Below the pieces are notes generated by a model that had not been told where the DNA came from, did not search any database, and worked only from the letters and a program-made list of their open reading frames with translations. The position numbers and the translations under genes were made by a program. Source: Amoebidium appalachense (lineage: Eukaryota; Protista; Ichthyosporea). Taken from it: DNA of 64,000 nucleotides. Below, piece by piece: positions 38,608 to 58,117 of the stretch. Within the stretch, counting starts at the first letter, position 1. Each line of letters opens with the position of its first letter. Location of the stretch: contig CAVNZM010000014.1 in assembly GCA_963693365.1 (NCBI GenBank), positions 4,774,001-4,838,000 of the forward strand, read 5' to 3'.

Positions 38608-39135
38608 AGAGCAGTGTGTTGGTGCTGCTCGGCATGGTAGAAGACTAGAGCAGGGTGTTGGTGCTGCTCGGCATGGTAGAAGACACTAGAGCAGGGTGTT
38701 GGTGCTGCTCGGCATGGTAGAAGACAATAGAGCAGGGTGTTGGTGCTGCTCGGCATGGTAGAAGACACTAGAGCAGGGTGTTGGTGCTGCTCGGCATGGT
38801 AGAAGACACTAGAGCAGGGTGTTGGTGCTGCTCGGCATGGTAGAAGACACTAGAGCAGGGTGTTGGTGCTGCTCGGCATGGTAGAAGACTAGAGCAGGGT
38901 GATGGTGCTGCTCGGCATGGTAGAAGACACTAGAGCAGGGTGTTGGTGTTGCTCGGCATGGTAGAAGACACTAGAGCAGGGTGATGGTGCTGCTCGGCAT
39001 GGTAGAAGACACTAGAGCAGGGTGATGGTGCTGCTCGGCATGGTAGAAGACACTAGAGCAGGGTGTTGGTGCTGCTCGGCATGGTAGAGGACACTAGAGC
39101 AGGGTGTTGGTGCTGCTCGTCATGGTGGAAGAAGA
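38608..39135. repeat. VNTR, ~13 copies of a 39-41-bp unit AGAGCAGGGTGTTGGTGCTGCTCGGCATGGTAGAAGACACT
   Basis: Head-to-tail units with no spacers; each has a GAGCAG/CTGCTC stem. Confidence 0.95.
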
Positions 39136-40863
39136 CAGCATGAAGTTCGTGCGGCCTATTGGTATTCTTATGTTTTTCTAGAGTTTTTGACGCTTTAGTA
39201 AATTTCGTTTTTCCTGACAAAGTGCCCATGTCGCAAAACTAATAACTCGTGTTGTACTAGTCCTACGGCAACGGCTCAAACACGGCCATGTTGCCAGCGT
39301 TTGGCTCTATGCAATGGTGTGCATGCCGCCCCTTGTGCGTAAATGTGGTGGAGTGTGGATGCAGCGGCGCACGGCCGTTTACGAAACACGTGTCGTGTTT
39401 TGTGCCTGGTCGCGATGGCCCTGTGCGTGTTAAAATTTAAGAGAATAGGAATGTGCAAAATACGCATCTTGATTGGTTGCATTTTATCTGATGAGCCCGG
39501 AGTGGCGATCTTATTGGATAGTTAACTGCTATTTTTAAGGAATCATACTGCTTGTTCACCGATCACATATGGTTTTGATGTGATCGGGAGCCCGACATGG
39601 CGCGACTGAAGAAAAAGAAAAGAAAATCCAACAGGCGATCCCCACTTTCTCCCCACTGACAAAATCACTGCATCTGTAACACATGCAGCAATTGAATTAT
39701 TATCCCCCACAGCTCCGGGGAATATTGATTTCAACACACAGACCTCAAGCACACCAGACACACACCAACAAGCGAGACAGCAAGCACAGGCTTCTTTACC
39801 TCCCTCCCTTCGATACACTTTGAACCCAGGCCAGGCGAACCCATAGCACATCGCCACAACAAATAATAAGTCGCTAAAAAACTGCCCTTTTGATAATGGT
39901 GAACCAGCCACCATACACAGAAACCCCCCTTAAACCCTTGCACATACATAAAGCTATAGAAGATGATTCAAGTTCACGGAAAATTCACCCAAACAAACAA
40001 CACCCGGGGCCCCCTTGCTCCCCCTTGTTATCCATGCCTGGCCTCCCTAGCCGGCTCGCAGTCTGCATGCCGAAGGCTTATGCCCCAGTATAGGTTGTAT
40101 ATGGGCTTTGCGGTAAGTGTGCTGCCTTGCAATATGTTACCTCATAATGAGCTTCTGAACAGCGTTTCATCTATTGAGTAAAGATGAAGGTCGACCAGTT
40201 TCAATGCTTTACACCCCTCGAAGACTGAAAACCATTGGTTGTTACACAAAGGAAAACCATATATGGTGTTTAGACGTAGCCTATTTTGGCTCTTGTAAAC
40301 AAAGCAACGCACCGTGGCCCCTTGAAAGAGCTGCACGTAGATCATCTTCCCATACCCGTGATTGAATTGCACCGTTATATTGTCACTTCTCCTTGATATA
40401 TACCAGTAGTTGGTGTCTCTTACAATGCACACAAAGAATGGACGAGGGCATGGAACTTGGTGATGGCAGTGGTGCGGGGTTCGAAGCAGGGGCACTTGAT
40501 CACTCGGATTTCTTTGACAATATTTTTTCCGACGATAGCACACAGAGCGGTACAGAAGACAGTGAGGCTACAGAGGATACCGCTCTCTCAGGGAAATGGC
40601 GTATTTTTGACTCCAATAAAGTAGACATAACACTCAAAGCAGACGATATTGAAAACAGGCTCCTAAGTCCAGTAATCCAAACGCCAAACCCTGCTTCGAT
40701 GTATGGCACACGAACAAGGATATCAAAACACCTGAATACTGGGCAGATTACGAGCCTCAGTAGACACGGTGGTCGCAGTGTGAAGTGATTGGTTAAGTTA
40801 GAGTCACGTCACTTGCAGGCTTTGCTGTTGCCAAAGAGTTCTTCTTGTGTTTTTTCCTTCACC

Positions 40864-40904
<41 letters not shown>

Positions 40905-41784
40905 ACCCCCCACCCCCTTTTTTTTTTTTTGGCTGTGTGTGTGTGTGTGTGTGTGTGTGTTGTCAGAATATACAACAATAGTGCACGAGTTGGCATATGC
41001 ATTTCGCACGCACGTGCACAGCACGATTCTTCATTAGTTGCACATCTTTGGTTTACACAGGTTGCACGAGCACATAGCATACATAGTAGTTAGGTACGAT
41101 CGTTTATTTGTGCTTTATCTCCCTTTATTTCATAAGCATGTCCGGCATGCTCTTGTTTGCCCTCTGTTATTCATTAGGCACGTGTGGTATTCATAGTTTG
41201 TTTAGCTATTGGCGATAGCGAGAGGAAAGCACGCATCCGACGATTGTTGTGCATGCTTTTCATGTTTTCTGTGTAGTCGGGTGTTTTGTCTGCGGTTGGA
41301 CCGTATGAGGGAAATGCAGTATGATTTCCGTTCATGTACGTGTCGTTACATGATTGGTCAGATTTATAGTATTCATAGTATTTGCCAATCAGATGCGCAA
41401 ATACCTTTGGATAGATCTGTATATTCATGGAATCTGCCTGCGGCAGATAAATAGGTGAGAATCGAGCATAATAAAATCAGACGTAGATTGACAGAACATG
41501 CAACTGTGTTTCTACCTCTCCACACTACCCTCTCTGTTAGTGCTGTGGCATCGTGCATTGCCCAGCACCACTCTGCACGTGTTTATGTCTGTTAGTTTAG
41601 TGGCCTGATCACCCACGTATACTCTCATTAATATTCATAATTATGCATGTGTGCCCAGGTATGTGTTAGTTGTAGTGTGTACACTCTGCTAGTCAGGCGA
41701 GAATAGTAGGGACTTTTGCCGTAAGTCAGCACTTTTCTTGCATGTGTGTGTGTACACGTGTGTGTGTGTGTGTGTGTGTGTCAC

Positions 41785-41847
<63 letters not shown>

Positions 41848-42357
41848 GTGCGTGTGCGTGTGTGTGCCCCTGTGTGTGTGTGTGTGTGCGTGTGTGGTGG
41901 TGGTGTATGATGGTGGTGGTGGGGGGGGGGGGGGGGGGGGAGAGGGGAGGGCTCGGGAGGGGGGGGGGGGGGGGGGGGATTGCCTATGATACCCAAGTTA
42001 ACCGTTAGAGGGACTGTTGTAATTTCAAGAGTAAGACACTTAATAGTTCAAATTTCGTGGTCTTCTACTACTGTAAATATATTCTTGTGTTGCTAAGATC
42101 AGAGTGTACCAGTATCACAGTTATTTTTCGGAACACTATGTGAAACTTTGTTTAGACATTTAGAAGGAGCTTCAAGCTGAGTTACTGTATCATTGAATAA
42201 AAATTTCGTTTGAACGTGAAATTGCAAGTGTACGCAAACCTGCATGTCCGACCATTTATTATGGCAATCTACAGATTTGGACACTTGTTCACTATATAAT
42301 ACATGGGAAAGAACCCGCAAAACATGCAGCTCGCCTGGCTGAGTATGCGCATACGTT

Positions 42358-42392
<35 letters not shown>

Positions 42393-42504
42393 CCCCTCCC
42401 CTCCCTCCTCCCTCCCTCTCTCTAATAACAACAACAACATCCGCCTGACCACACGCACACGCACACGCGCTACTGCCATCACCCAACCGTGACAGTAACC
42501 ACCG

Positions 42505-43625
<1,121 letters not shown>

Positions 43626-44059
43626 ACCTACAGACATACGCTATTCATTTGGCAGGCACTATGACATGCCGGCATTAAAAGACCTCGCACGCTGCACGTG
43701 TCACTTAGTCACTAATTAGTATGATATGTCCGATCACGTGGCCCCCCGGCTGGCGCGGCCGCGATCATGTGAGTCGCGACTCCGAAGTCGCGAATTGATT
43801 CACCTTGTTTTCAGATTGATTCACATTGTTTGGAGCTCGCACCACCTCTCGAACGTCTCTAAATAACATGAAAAATATAGATATAAACACCCAAAAAAAA
43901 TATATAGGAGTTTTTTTGACTACCAAAACCAAGTTTTTGCTTAAGTAACATGTATATTTTGACCACAGGGTAAGATTTGAGAAGCGCCACAAAATTGATT
44001 CACATTGAATGTGAATCATCCGGACTACTGTACAGGGAGGCTAACTCATAACTTCATAA

Positions 44060-44264
44060 CAGGGTGTGAAATTTGTTTTTGGCTGGTGCCATTTTGGCAA
44101 CTTTCCACCAGTCTGGATGGCCCTAACAGAACCAACAACCGTTTTTGAGCGTATTTTCTTATATATTTGGCTCTGTTAGAGCCAATTTTATAAAAATTGA
44201 TGGACCTGACCTCAAAAAGTTAGGGACAATCTTCTAGCCCTAAACCCCCTAATTTCACAGCCTG
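44060..44264. mobile_element. hAT-type MITE, 205 bp
   Basis: TIR CAGGGTGTGAAATT / AATTTCACAGCCTG; perfect 8-bp TSD CTTCATAA at 44052-44059 and 44265-44272. Confidence 0.88.
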
Positions 44265-47053
44265 CTTCATAATATAATTCTCAATGATTCTCGGATTCGA
44301 TCCTCGACTATGACCCAACCTCGGTCCAAGGTTTTTTATGTCAAGCTCGAGGATTTCAAAGGCCACGCCAGAGCCATGTCATACATATCCTTGATTGAAT
44401 CGTCCTCAGTCGTATGCATGTGACTGGTTTGTGTACCATGATGTTTGGTGCGTGACGTCCGTGGTTTACATTGTGAGTCCGCGTGCAAGATTGTCCGCCA
44501 ACAAGATTCCGTCGACGCCGATTTTGCCAAAATTTGGGTTAAGATTGCGCCGACGGGCCTATATTCAGAACAATCTTAATTTTCATGTGGGGTGCTGGTT
44601 TTGATATCCCATACACGACATAGGCTCCCCTAAAAACCGTAATTTCAGCATCTTACTCATCTTTGCCTCGAGTAAACAGCGTAAACCCCATATATATATA
44701 TATAGCTATTTTCCATTTCCACTTGCACCAGCGGGTTCGAGTCTGGCTCAGCTGCTTTTTTTTTTTTTCCCTTTTCTTTTCTTTTTTCTTTTTTTTTCTT
44801 TTTTTTTTTTTTTGCCTTCCACCCCCATCCCCCCCCCCCCCCCCCCCCTCCCCCTCCCCCCCCCCCCCCCCCCCACCCTTCACCCCCACCCGTGACCCCC
44901 CCTTCTCTCTCTCCCCCCCGCCCCCCCCCCCTCATCTCCCCCCAACTCTCCAAAGAGGGCACACACATAAACGTACACCACACAGTGAAACTAATATATG
45001 TTAGCCACCGCTAACTTGAACCACCAGCGCCTGACCATATCTACTTGATCCTCCTCCTCCTCCTCCTCTTCCCCCCCCCCCCCCCCCCCCCCACGGGCTA
45101 AGATTATGAGGACGGCCAAAACTCGACAATGGTTCGTGTGAAAAACGAACACAAGGATTCACAGTTTTCCTGAATCATTACGTATACGGGCAGGTTCACG
45201 CAAGCGCTTATCGAACGTGAGCAGCTGCAGGTTTTGAAGTTTAGAGTTAACGTTGCAAGGACGTGTTCCACTGAGCCTCTTGAATCAGACATGAGCCAGT
45301 TTCACGTACATATGGACGTGCTCCAGGGCCCCTTGAATCAAAAATGGGCCCGTTTCACGTACATACAAAACACATACAGTGCGTGGCACAACATAAACAT
45401 GCATGGGACAGGCCGGGAGCTCGAGATCATTCGGCATGCGGCACGGCTCAGTGCGCGTCTGCGCGGCCGGCCGACGCGACTCGCGAGTCGCGACGGCGCC
45501 TGCCCGGGCCGGGCGCGTGCACAGGCCACTACGTCAGACGGAGGGCAAGCTAAAAGCTTGCAGCGAAAACTTTAACCACTTTAACTATACCGCGGCCTAT
45601 ATGTAATTTCGAGGTGTGCTTATGGCGCGAAAACGGGCAGTTAGCCACTGGAAAAGTTGATATTATAAATATATTCAAGTTACCCATACATATTGATGAT
45701 TTTTGGTTATAGAAGTGCTTTGTACGTGTTTTTGTTATTTTTCTATGGGTTGGTTTCTCTATATAAAGACGATCGGTAAATATAGTTTGGTTTTTCGGAA
45801 TGCCCTATCGTGTGCAAGTTCCGAATCGGGTTCAAAGCAACGTGCGAGCGAGCAGACTCTCGTATTCGTCCGCAACATCTTGAGTGACTTGTGCGAGTCT
45901 ATCAACTGATTGGACGCAACGAAAGAGGACAAACTTTGCGCATTCTGAAGTCACAAGTTGCCATCGCGCGATCAAGCAGACAACATGCATATGTCTACAT
46001 TTTCATGTCTACTGGTTTACAGGGTGCTTCATTCTCCTTTTTTGTTGTTCTTTTCTCTTTCCTTTTCTTTCTTTTTTTTTTCTCCTGTTGTTGTTTCAGT
46101 TTTCGTAAGTTTATCAGATCATAATATAGTGCGTGGCCCGTACATGTCGAGATTGTTCATTCCATATCCCACCACAAGATGTAGAACTTTGCCCAAGAGG
46201 ATCTGATCATTCGTGACATTGCAGACAGCCTGAGGCTGGCAAAAGCACTATGTTTAGCAAGAAAATCGTAATGATTGTGTTTGTTTATTATCACTTGTGC
46301 TGTTTACAGATTTTGTTTTCTTATTCACTGTTTACCTTTGTGTTTTAGGCATTCACCTTATGCATGGATCGGATTACGGCAACCACACGGTACCGGTAGT
46401 GCACTGCTCATCTCGAGCTTTATAAAGCTATAAAGATATATGACCAATCGTTAGGCTCCAAGACAGCCGGCCAGGCGCCTATAGCTACCTTCCACACCAG
46501 TGCCCTCACCGAAATTCGCAAGCACAGCAGCGTCCATGGCCAAGGCTAGCATTCTGTCTGTCTATGGGGCATAGTCGTAAATTCGTTTTGTAAAAGTGCA
46601 AAAACCCCATTTTGGGCCTTGCATGCCTTGGGCATAAGGGTTGATGTTGGATCCACTTGGACGTAAAGATGCACGTAAAGATGCCTGTAGCTATGATTTC
46701 TGTAATTTTGGCATCTTTTGAGGTACCCTTATCACTGATAACACATGATGCTCATTGCTTTTTGTGCAAAAAAGCACGTTATCCCACGAGCACCCTTGTG
46801 TTCATTCTATTTCGTGCCGTTTTTCCCGGGATTTACCGCACTTTTCAGATCATTTAGCGAAACTGACCTGGCTTTGGTTATAAGCCTGCTGTAGCGCCTC
46901 TAGCGCTTCGCTAACATCAACAACTGTTGACATGGCGTAGGTGAACTACCCGACGCGGCTTATCCTGCTTTTATCCGCGGAATTTGCAGATAAGATTGGC
47001 CGATCTCGAATGATTGGTCAAACTCTCGGAACACTTTCGTTCCAAGCGCCTAT

Positions 47054-51915
<4,862 letters not shown>

Positions 51916-51930
51916 ATTAGGTGGAGTTAA

Positions 51931-52878
51931 GGGCCTGTTTGGCAACCCGGGTTTAGGGTCCTAAATCCGGATTACGGGCGATTTTGGGTTTAGCGCTAAA
52001 TCCAAATCTCAAAATCCAGCCGCTGCCAAACAGACGGCCAGATCCGGTCACGTAAATCTGGGTTTCAAACCCCTCGGACATGGCCGTAATCTGGATTCCA
52101 CTAATCCACCTCGGGAGGTGGATTAGCGCGAAATCCTTTCAGGTCCTGAATGTCCGACCCAATGAATGTTCATTTTATGGAACTATATATGGTGTCCTTT
52201 TGCACCAATCGTCGATAGTTTGAAGTGGCCAAAAAAGGATTGTTGAAAGGGCGCCAAACCAAACTTCCGTTGCTGGCAGCATGTGGATACTGAGTGGGCT
52301 GCGACAGCTGTGCCTTGAACTGCGACACCTGCACCAACGCACGGACTTGCACGTGGGGAACGTTATAAAAACAGACACGCACCTCACTTCTCATTCTTTT
52401 CCTACCCTCTGCGGCCGTCCAGCCCGAGTCTTCCAGTAGCACAGTACACTTGTAGATAATCTTGTTTGAACCGACAAGACGCCTGCAAACCTCAACATCG
52501 AATCACAGAGTGACAGTCCCCCACAGTCAGCCAAACCGTCGACTGAGGCGGTTGAAAAGACACGTATGAGATTTACGGGAGAAGAAAGCAAGTTCGTTGT
52601 AGACGATTTTCTAAGCCTCTCACTCAGGAAACTTGATTCGGGAGGCAAGAGCCTTAAAAAGGCTCAATGGAATGGAATGGCCGGTCGTTTCCATGAACAG
52701 CAGAGCAAATCTAACCCGAAATCGTACGTGGGCTGTTTGGCATCCATGGGTTATCTACCCGGCTTAACCCAGGTTTCGGCTGAGATCCGGATTCTGCAGC
52801 ATAATCTGGATCTCGATTTTGATATCCAGATATCCCTTGAAATCCAGATTACACTAACCCGCGTTGCCAAACAGGCCC
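51931..52878. mobile_element. Non-autonomous PIF/Harbinger (Tourist-like) element, 948 bp
   Basis: Perfect 16-bp TIR GGGCCTGTTTGGCAAC / GTTGCCAAACAGGCCC; 3-bp TAA TSD at 51928-51930 and 52879-52881; internal hairpin CTAATCCACCTC..GAGGTGGATTAG near 52101-52126. Confidence 0.9.
52557..52705 (+). pseudogene. Remnant of the Harbinger Myb/SANT-like DNA-binding ORF
   Basis: RMRFTGEESKFVVDDFL..DSGGKSLKKAQWNGMAGRFHE fits the trihelix pattern of Harbinger accessory proteins; truncated. Confidence 0.55.
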
Positions 52879-53811
52879 TAAAGTGGTTAACAATGCACCG
52901 CTTGAATGATTTGAAATATTTATTAGGCTATTAGGGGACTTCAAAAGACCTGCCGGCACAATCTTGCGGTATGGCGCTCTTCATGACCTGTAGCCAATAG
53001 GAAACAGCTGTTATCTAAATTTTATGAGGATCGATGGCTACAGTATGTGCTTTACTGGTCACTCCTAATGTATTTTGCAAGGGTCCGTTTTCTGAAGAAG
53101 TTTATGATGCTTATGTACGCCTTCTGTTGCGTCTGGAATAGTCAGAAAATAAATACGGTATTGAGCATAATAATATAAACAATAATGTTCTAGTAGTAAG
53201 TATACACAATTCTGTACCGCCGCCATCCAGATGAAACGGTACACAAGTGTGAAATATGAAACCCCCGTTTTCTTCATCATGTTCAATTTTCACTAGCACC
53301 ATGACCGGATTTAGCTTGAGATGGCTAAATTCCAGGCACACTAATCGCCATCCACAACAAGATGACGAGTTGTGTTTTTGTGTAAAATGAATGAATGAAA
53401 GGGGGGAAGGGAGGAGTAGGGTAGTCTTAGATTTCTCGTATAATTGATAACGTGGTGTTGTGCTAGCTAGTGTTTGAAATGGAAAGAAGAATTAGCTCAT
53501 GCACTAAAGGTTGTTGTTTGCGAAACCATGAATGAACGGTAATGGGGGGAGGATTGAGATGGTCATGGTCATGTTGATGGAAGCACTAGGAACGGAGTAC
53601 ATGGTATATTATTGCTAGTAGCCACAACAGCTAGGACTACACTCCTTGATTGTTGTATACACTCAAAAACAAGCACAATAACGCAAGCACACACGCACAC
53701 ACGCACACACACACATACACGCATACACACACTCGCACGCGAACGCACACATACACACGCGCGCACACACATACACACACTCATGTCCGTGTTCACCTGT
53801 CACCCCTTAGA

Positions 53812-56800
53812 ATGCCGTTTTTCTTGCACTGCTGCTTTAGCTACGACTACAGCGAAGTGCGTTGCAAGCACAACATACAAGAGCAAAACTTCAGCTATTA
53901 TGTAGTGGAGGCTCCTCCCCAGTATGATCGTGCGCCATGTTTTGCGGTCCCCATGGTACTACCCCATGCCCTGCAGCCCTATTTTTGGCCCAATGAGGAG
54001 TATGGCCGCTTGATGACTGAACTCAATCTTGCACTCCAAGGTAGCGATAATTGCGTCCCCCCCCCCCCCCCCCCCCTCCCCCCCCCCCCCCCCCCCCCCC
54101 CCCTCCCTCCCTCCCTCCCTGGCACTTCCCCTGTTCTTGGGTTGTTTGACGAGTTGTTCGCACGTGTACACAAACATGACCCTTCGCTAGTAATCCGCAC
54201 TGGCTGTTTCTTTCTGTCTTTCTGTCTTACTGGCACACCTGTCACCTCCCCCTTCTGGGCCTTTCTCAACGAGAAAGCTTCCCCACCTTCCCCCCCCAAC
54301 CCCCCCACCCACCCCCACCCCCTCCCAACCCCCTCCCCTCCCACCCACCCACCCCACTCCTCCATCCCCACACGCCCGCCTCTCCCCCTTATTCCCAGAC
54401 CGACCGCAACTTTTCTGAGCACCCGTCCCTCGTTCTCTCCACTCCCCAGTCGCTGACGCTTATTTTACAGTTTTTGTTTAGTGCACTCCCGTAATACATT
54501 TTTGTCCTTCCTTCTGAAGTGCCGGGTAGGAAGCCCATGTTGGTGTCGCTGTTTTGAGCACGTTCAATGGTGAAAACGAGCTTATTGGTTGGTCCTGATA
54601 ATGAGAAGCTAAATTCTGTTGCAAATTATATGTATATGAGTATGAGCCCTGTGTTTGGAAGCCAAAGGTGGGCGGGACAGTGACAGTTGTAACACATAGA
54701 AGGCAAGGGTGGGAGAGTGCGGTAAAAAAAGTGGGGGGGGGGGAGGGGGGAGATGGCGGAGGGGGGGGGATCGGGCAAGTTGTGGTTTTCAGATACGGCT
54801 ATGCAGTTGCTTTGCTGCGTTTGTGGTTTCACCTCTGCCCCCCAACTCCCTGCCCTCTCTTCTTTGCCCACAAGTCCCACCCCTCTCCACCTTCCCTTTT
54901 CCGCTTTTTGTTAAAGTGTCCCCCCGCCCCCCCCCCCCCCCCCCGCTTTCACTCCCTCTCCCCCCCCCTCTCCCTCCCTCCGCCGTCCTCCTCCCCCAAG
55001 AAATCTTCTTTGCTTTTCCGTTCCTGCCCTCCTCCCCATCCCCCCCCCCCCTCCCCCCCCCTTCTTCTGCATTTCCTTTTCCATGTTTTTTTTCCTTTTT
55101 TCGTTTTTTTTTCCCTTGGACACTGTCTCTTGTTGCTTCTTTGCCTGCTACTTCGAATTCTACTCCCCCCCATCCCAATCACCCCCTCCTCCTCTCCCTT
55201 TCCTCTTCCCTCCCTGCCCCCCCTCCCTCTACAAAAGAGGACGGAAGCCCCCCTCCCCCCCCCCCCCCTCCCCCCCCTCCATGCACGAACACCACCACCG
55301 CCTTGAACACACACACGCACACACACACACACACACGCACACACACACAAAACACACACACACACACACGCGCGCGCACGCGCACACACACACGTACACA
55401 GATGAATTCAAGGCCCGCAAGGGCAATGAGTGTCTAACTGTCACGTGCCCATGCCTCCCCCTGGGGCCAAAAAGGTCACCGTGGAAGGTGGTGGAAGAAT
55501 GGAACAAAAAACTGAGGTTGACACTCTCGTACAAACAGGTGTGTTTTTCAAGAAATAAATCAAACATTAAAACAAATAGGAAATGGGGGGGGGGGGGGGG
55601 GGGGGGGGGGAGGGGGGGCGATGAAATGAAAAGAAAAGGTGTAGGAGACAGACGTAGGAGGCAAACGGATGAGGGGAGAAGGGTTGATGGGGGATGAGGG
55701 GGAGGTGGGAGGGGGGAGGGGGAAGGCGGTATCACTGCATAACTTGATGTGAATGGGATAGCTGGTTGTTCGTTTCATTCCTTTTTCTCCTTCCTGCTGA
55801 TTGGTGGAATGGAATATTCCTACCATTTTTTTAGTAGTATAAACATATTCATTCAGGCTATATAATATGCAGTCAAATTATAACAAGCAATATATCTATT
55901 TGTTGGTTGGCTTTACATTTAGCCCTGCGCACACAAGGCAGTCCAAACAAATAGATTATAAATCTCCCCCTTTCCCTCTCCTTCCCCCCCCCCCCCCCCC
56001 CCTCCCCCCCCCCTTCCCCTCTCCGTCCCCCCTCTTCCCCCACCACTCTCCCCTTCCCCCCAAACAAAAAAACAACCCCCCCCCTCCCCCCCTCCACTCT
56101 CCGCCCTCTCCCCCTTCCCCCCCCCTCTCTCGCCCCACTGACCAAAACAAAACAAAAAAAACCCTCCCCAACCCCACCCACCCACACAGGAGGCATACTA
56201 CCGTGTGCCGCAGGCAAGTTGGGGGGGTGGAGGCAGCAAGAAGGCGGTGCTTCACATGGTGGCATGGCTCGAACTTAAGCCCCCCGCTGGAACGAAATTC
56301 GTTCTGCCTGTTGTGGCAAGGGTGTGTACCTCCCCCCCCCCCCCCCCCTCTCCCCCCCCCCCCGCTCCCTTCCCCCCCCCCTTACCTCCATTTCTCCCCC
56401 GCTTCTCACCCCCTTCTCCCCCCCCCCCCCCCCCCCCCCCCCGAGGAAGACGGGCTCTGTTTATAACACATACGGTGCGCATTGCTGATGTTGCATACTT
56501 GAATGTTTGCCTTTGCATGTGTCCTGCACCATGCTTCTCGTCGTGTATGTGTACGTACCGTGTTCCCGCATTCAAATCCCCCCTCCCCCCTCCCCCTCCC
56601 CTCCCCTTGTGCAGTTTCTGCTTTTAAAGTTTATCTTCTACGCAAGGAGACAACTAGGCTTAAAGGAGCACAAGGCACATACTTGGTTGAAGTGTCAATA
56701 AATAATAAATTCACGGCCGATCACCGTTCGTGATTTCAAAGTTTATATGTTTTGACGTTTTGCGGCCAAGTGATGATAAATGTTGGTGGATGCAAAGCCG

Positions 56801-57468
56801 GGCTCGTTAAGATACCCAAAACTAATCATGCTGGACATACCAGCATATTTTAGATGCAATCGAAGTGATATTTTTGTTTCTGGGTGTTTTTTTTTTTTTT
56901 TATTTTTGTGTGTGTGTGTGTGTGTGTGCATGTGTATTGTGCCTGTAAAAACATGCTTTTAGCGTGTGCGCGGGGGAGAGGGGGGGGGGGGGGGGGGAGG
57001 GGGGGGAGGGGGAGGGGGGGGGGGGGGGGGGGGAGGGGAGGGAGGGGAAGAGACCGGGAGAGAGGGAAGGGGAGTGGAGGTTGGGAGAGGGGGAATTAAA
57101 GGGAGGCGAGATAGGCAGTTAGGGGAAGAAGTTTTGGCACACCTTCGACGTGGCTGCGCTGGGCCCAGGTGGGGGCATAAATGTACTGGTTGGCTGGTGG
57201 GTGGTCCATGGTGAAGGGTTGCTATGTTCAAGGGATGATCTTAACCAAGTGTGTGTTTGGACAAAGGGTATGCAGATGGCCGCTTGTACGTATGCGAATG
57301 TACTGAGCATTAGAGTGTGTGTCTGTGCATGTATGTGTGCTTGGGTATGTGTGTGGTTGTGTGGATGCTCAGATGTGGATGTATATATGTTTGGATGCGG
57401 GAGTTGTTGTGTTGTTGTTGTTGTTGTTCTCACTCCCTTCTCTCTCCTCTTCTCTCTCTCTCTCTCTT

Positions 57469-57566
<98 letters not shown>

Positions 57567-58076
57567 ATATATATATATCGTTCTCTCTCCTTCTCTCTCT
57601 CTCTCTCTCCCCCCCCCCCCCCCCTTAATCCCTCCCTCCCTAACTCTCTCTTGGTGTGTAAGTGTGTCTGTTTGTGTGTGTGTGTGTGTGTGTGCGCGCG
57701 CGCGCACGCGCGCGCGCGCGCACATGTCTGTGTGTGTGCTTACACTTGGCTTTCAGGACGTGGAAGATTCTTCAACCAAAGGGGAAAAGAATTTGGTATC
57801 CCTGCTTGCCCCCCCTCCCCCCCTTCTCCCCCTTCTCCCCCTTTCCCCCCCCCCCTTCCCACCCCGGACCCTCGTCCCCACTTTCCCTCCTGGTCTTGTC
57901 TTGAAAGGATTCTGCTGTATCAATTCCTGTCCCTTGCTTGCTCTCTTTCTCTCACCGTGCTGCCAGACATACACAAACTAATTTTAACGTTTGTAAGATC
58001 TTTGTGGGACCGGCAAAATTTCACACCAACCAATTGACACATCCCAAAGGCAACGTTATTTGTGGTGTATCACACG

Positions 58077-58117
<41 letters not shown>

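Larger units (their letters stand above)
38324..39620 (-). mobile_element. Non-autonomous composite retroposon with 13-bp target-site duplication
   Basis: AGAAAATCCAACA at 38311-38323 and 39621-39633; (T4-6A)n at 38324-38350 gives an A-rich tail on minus; central VNTR; no credible ORF. Confidence 0.75.

Noticed and set aside
38608-39135. CRISPR-like array
   Set aside because: No unique spacers, no cas genes, eukaryotic context.
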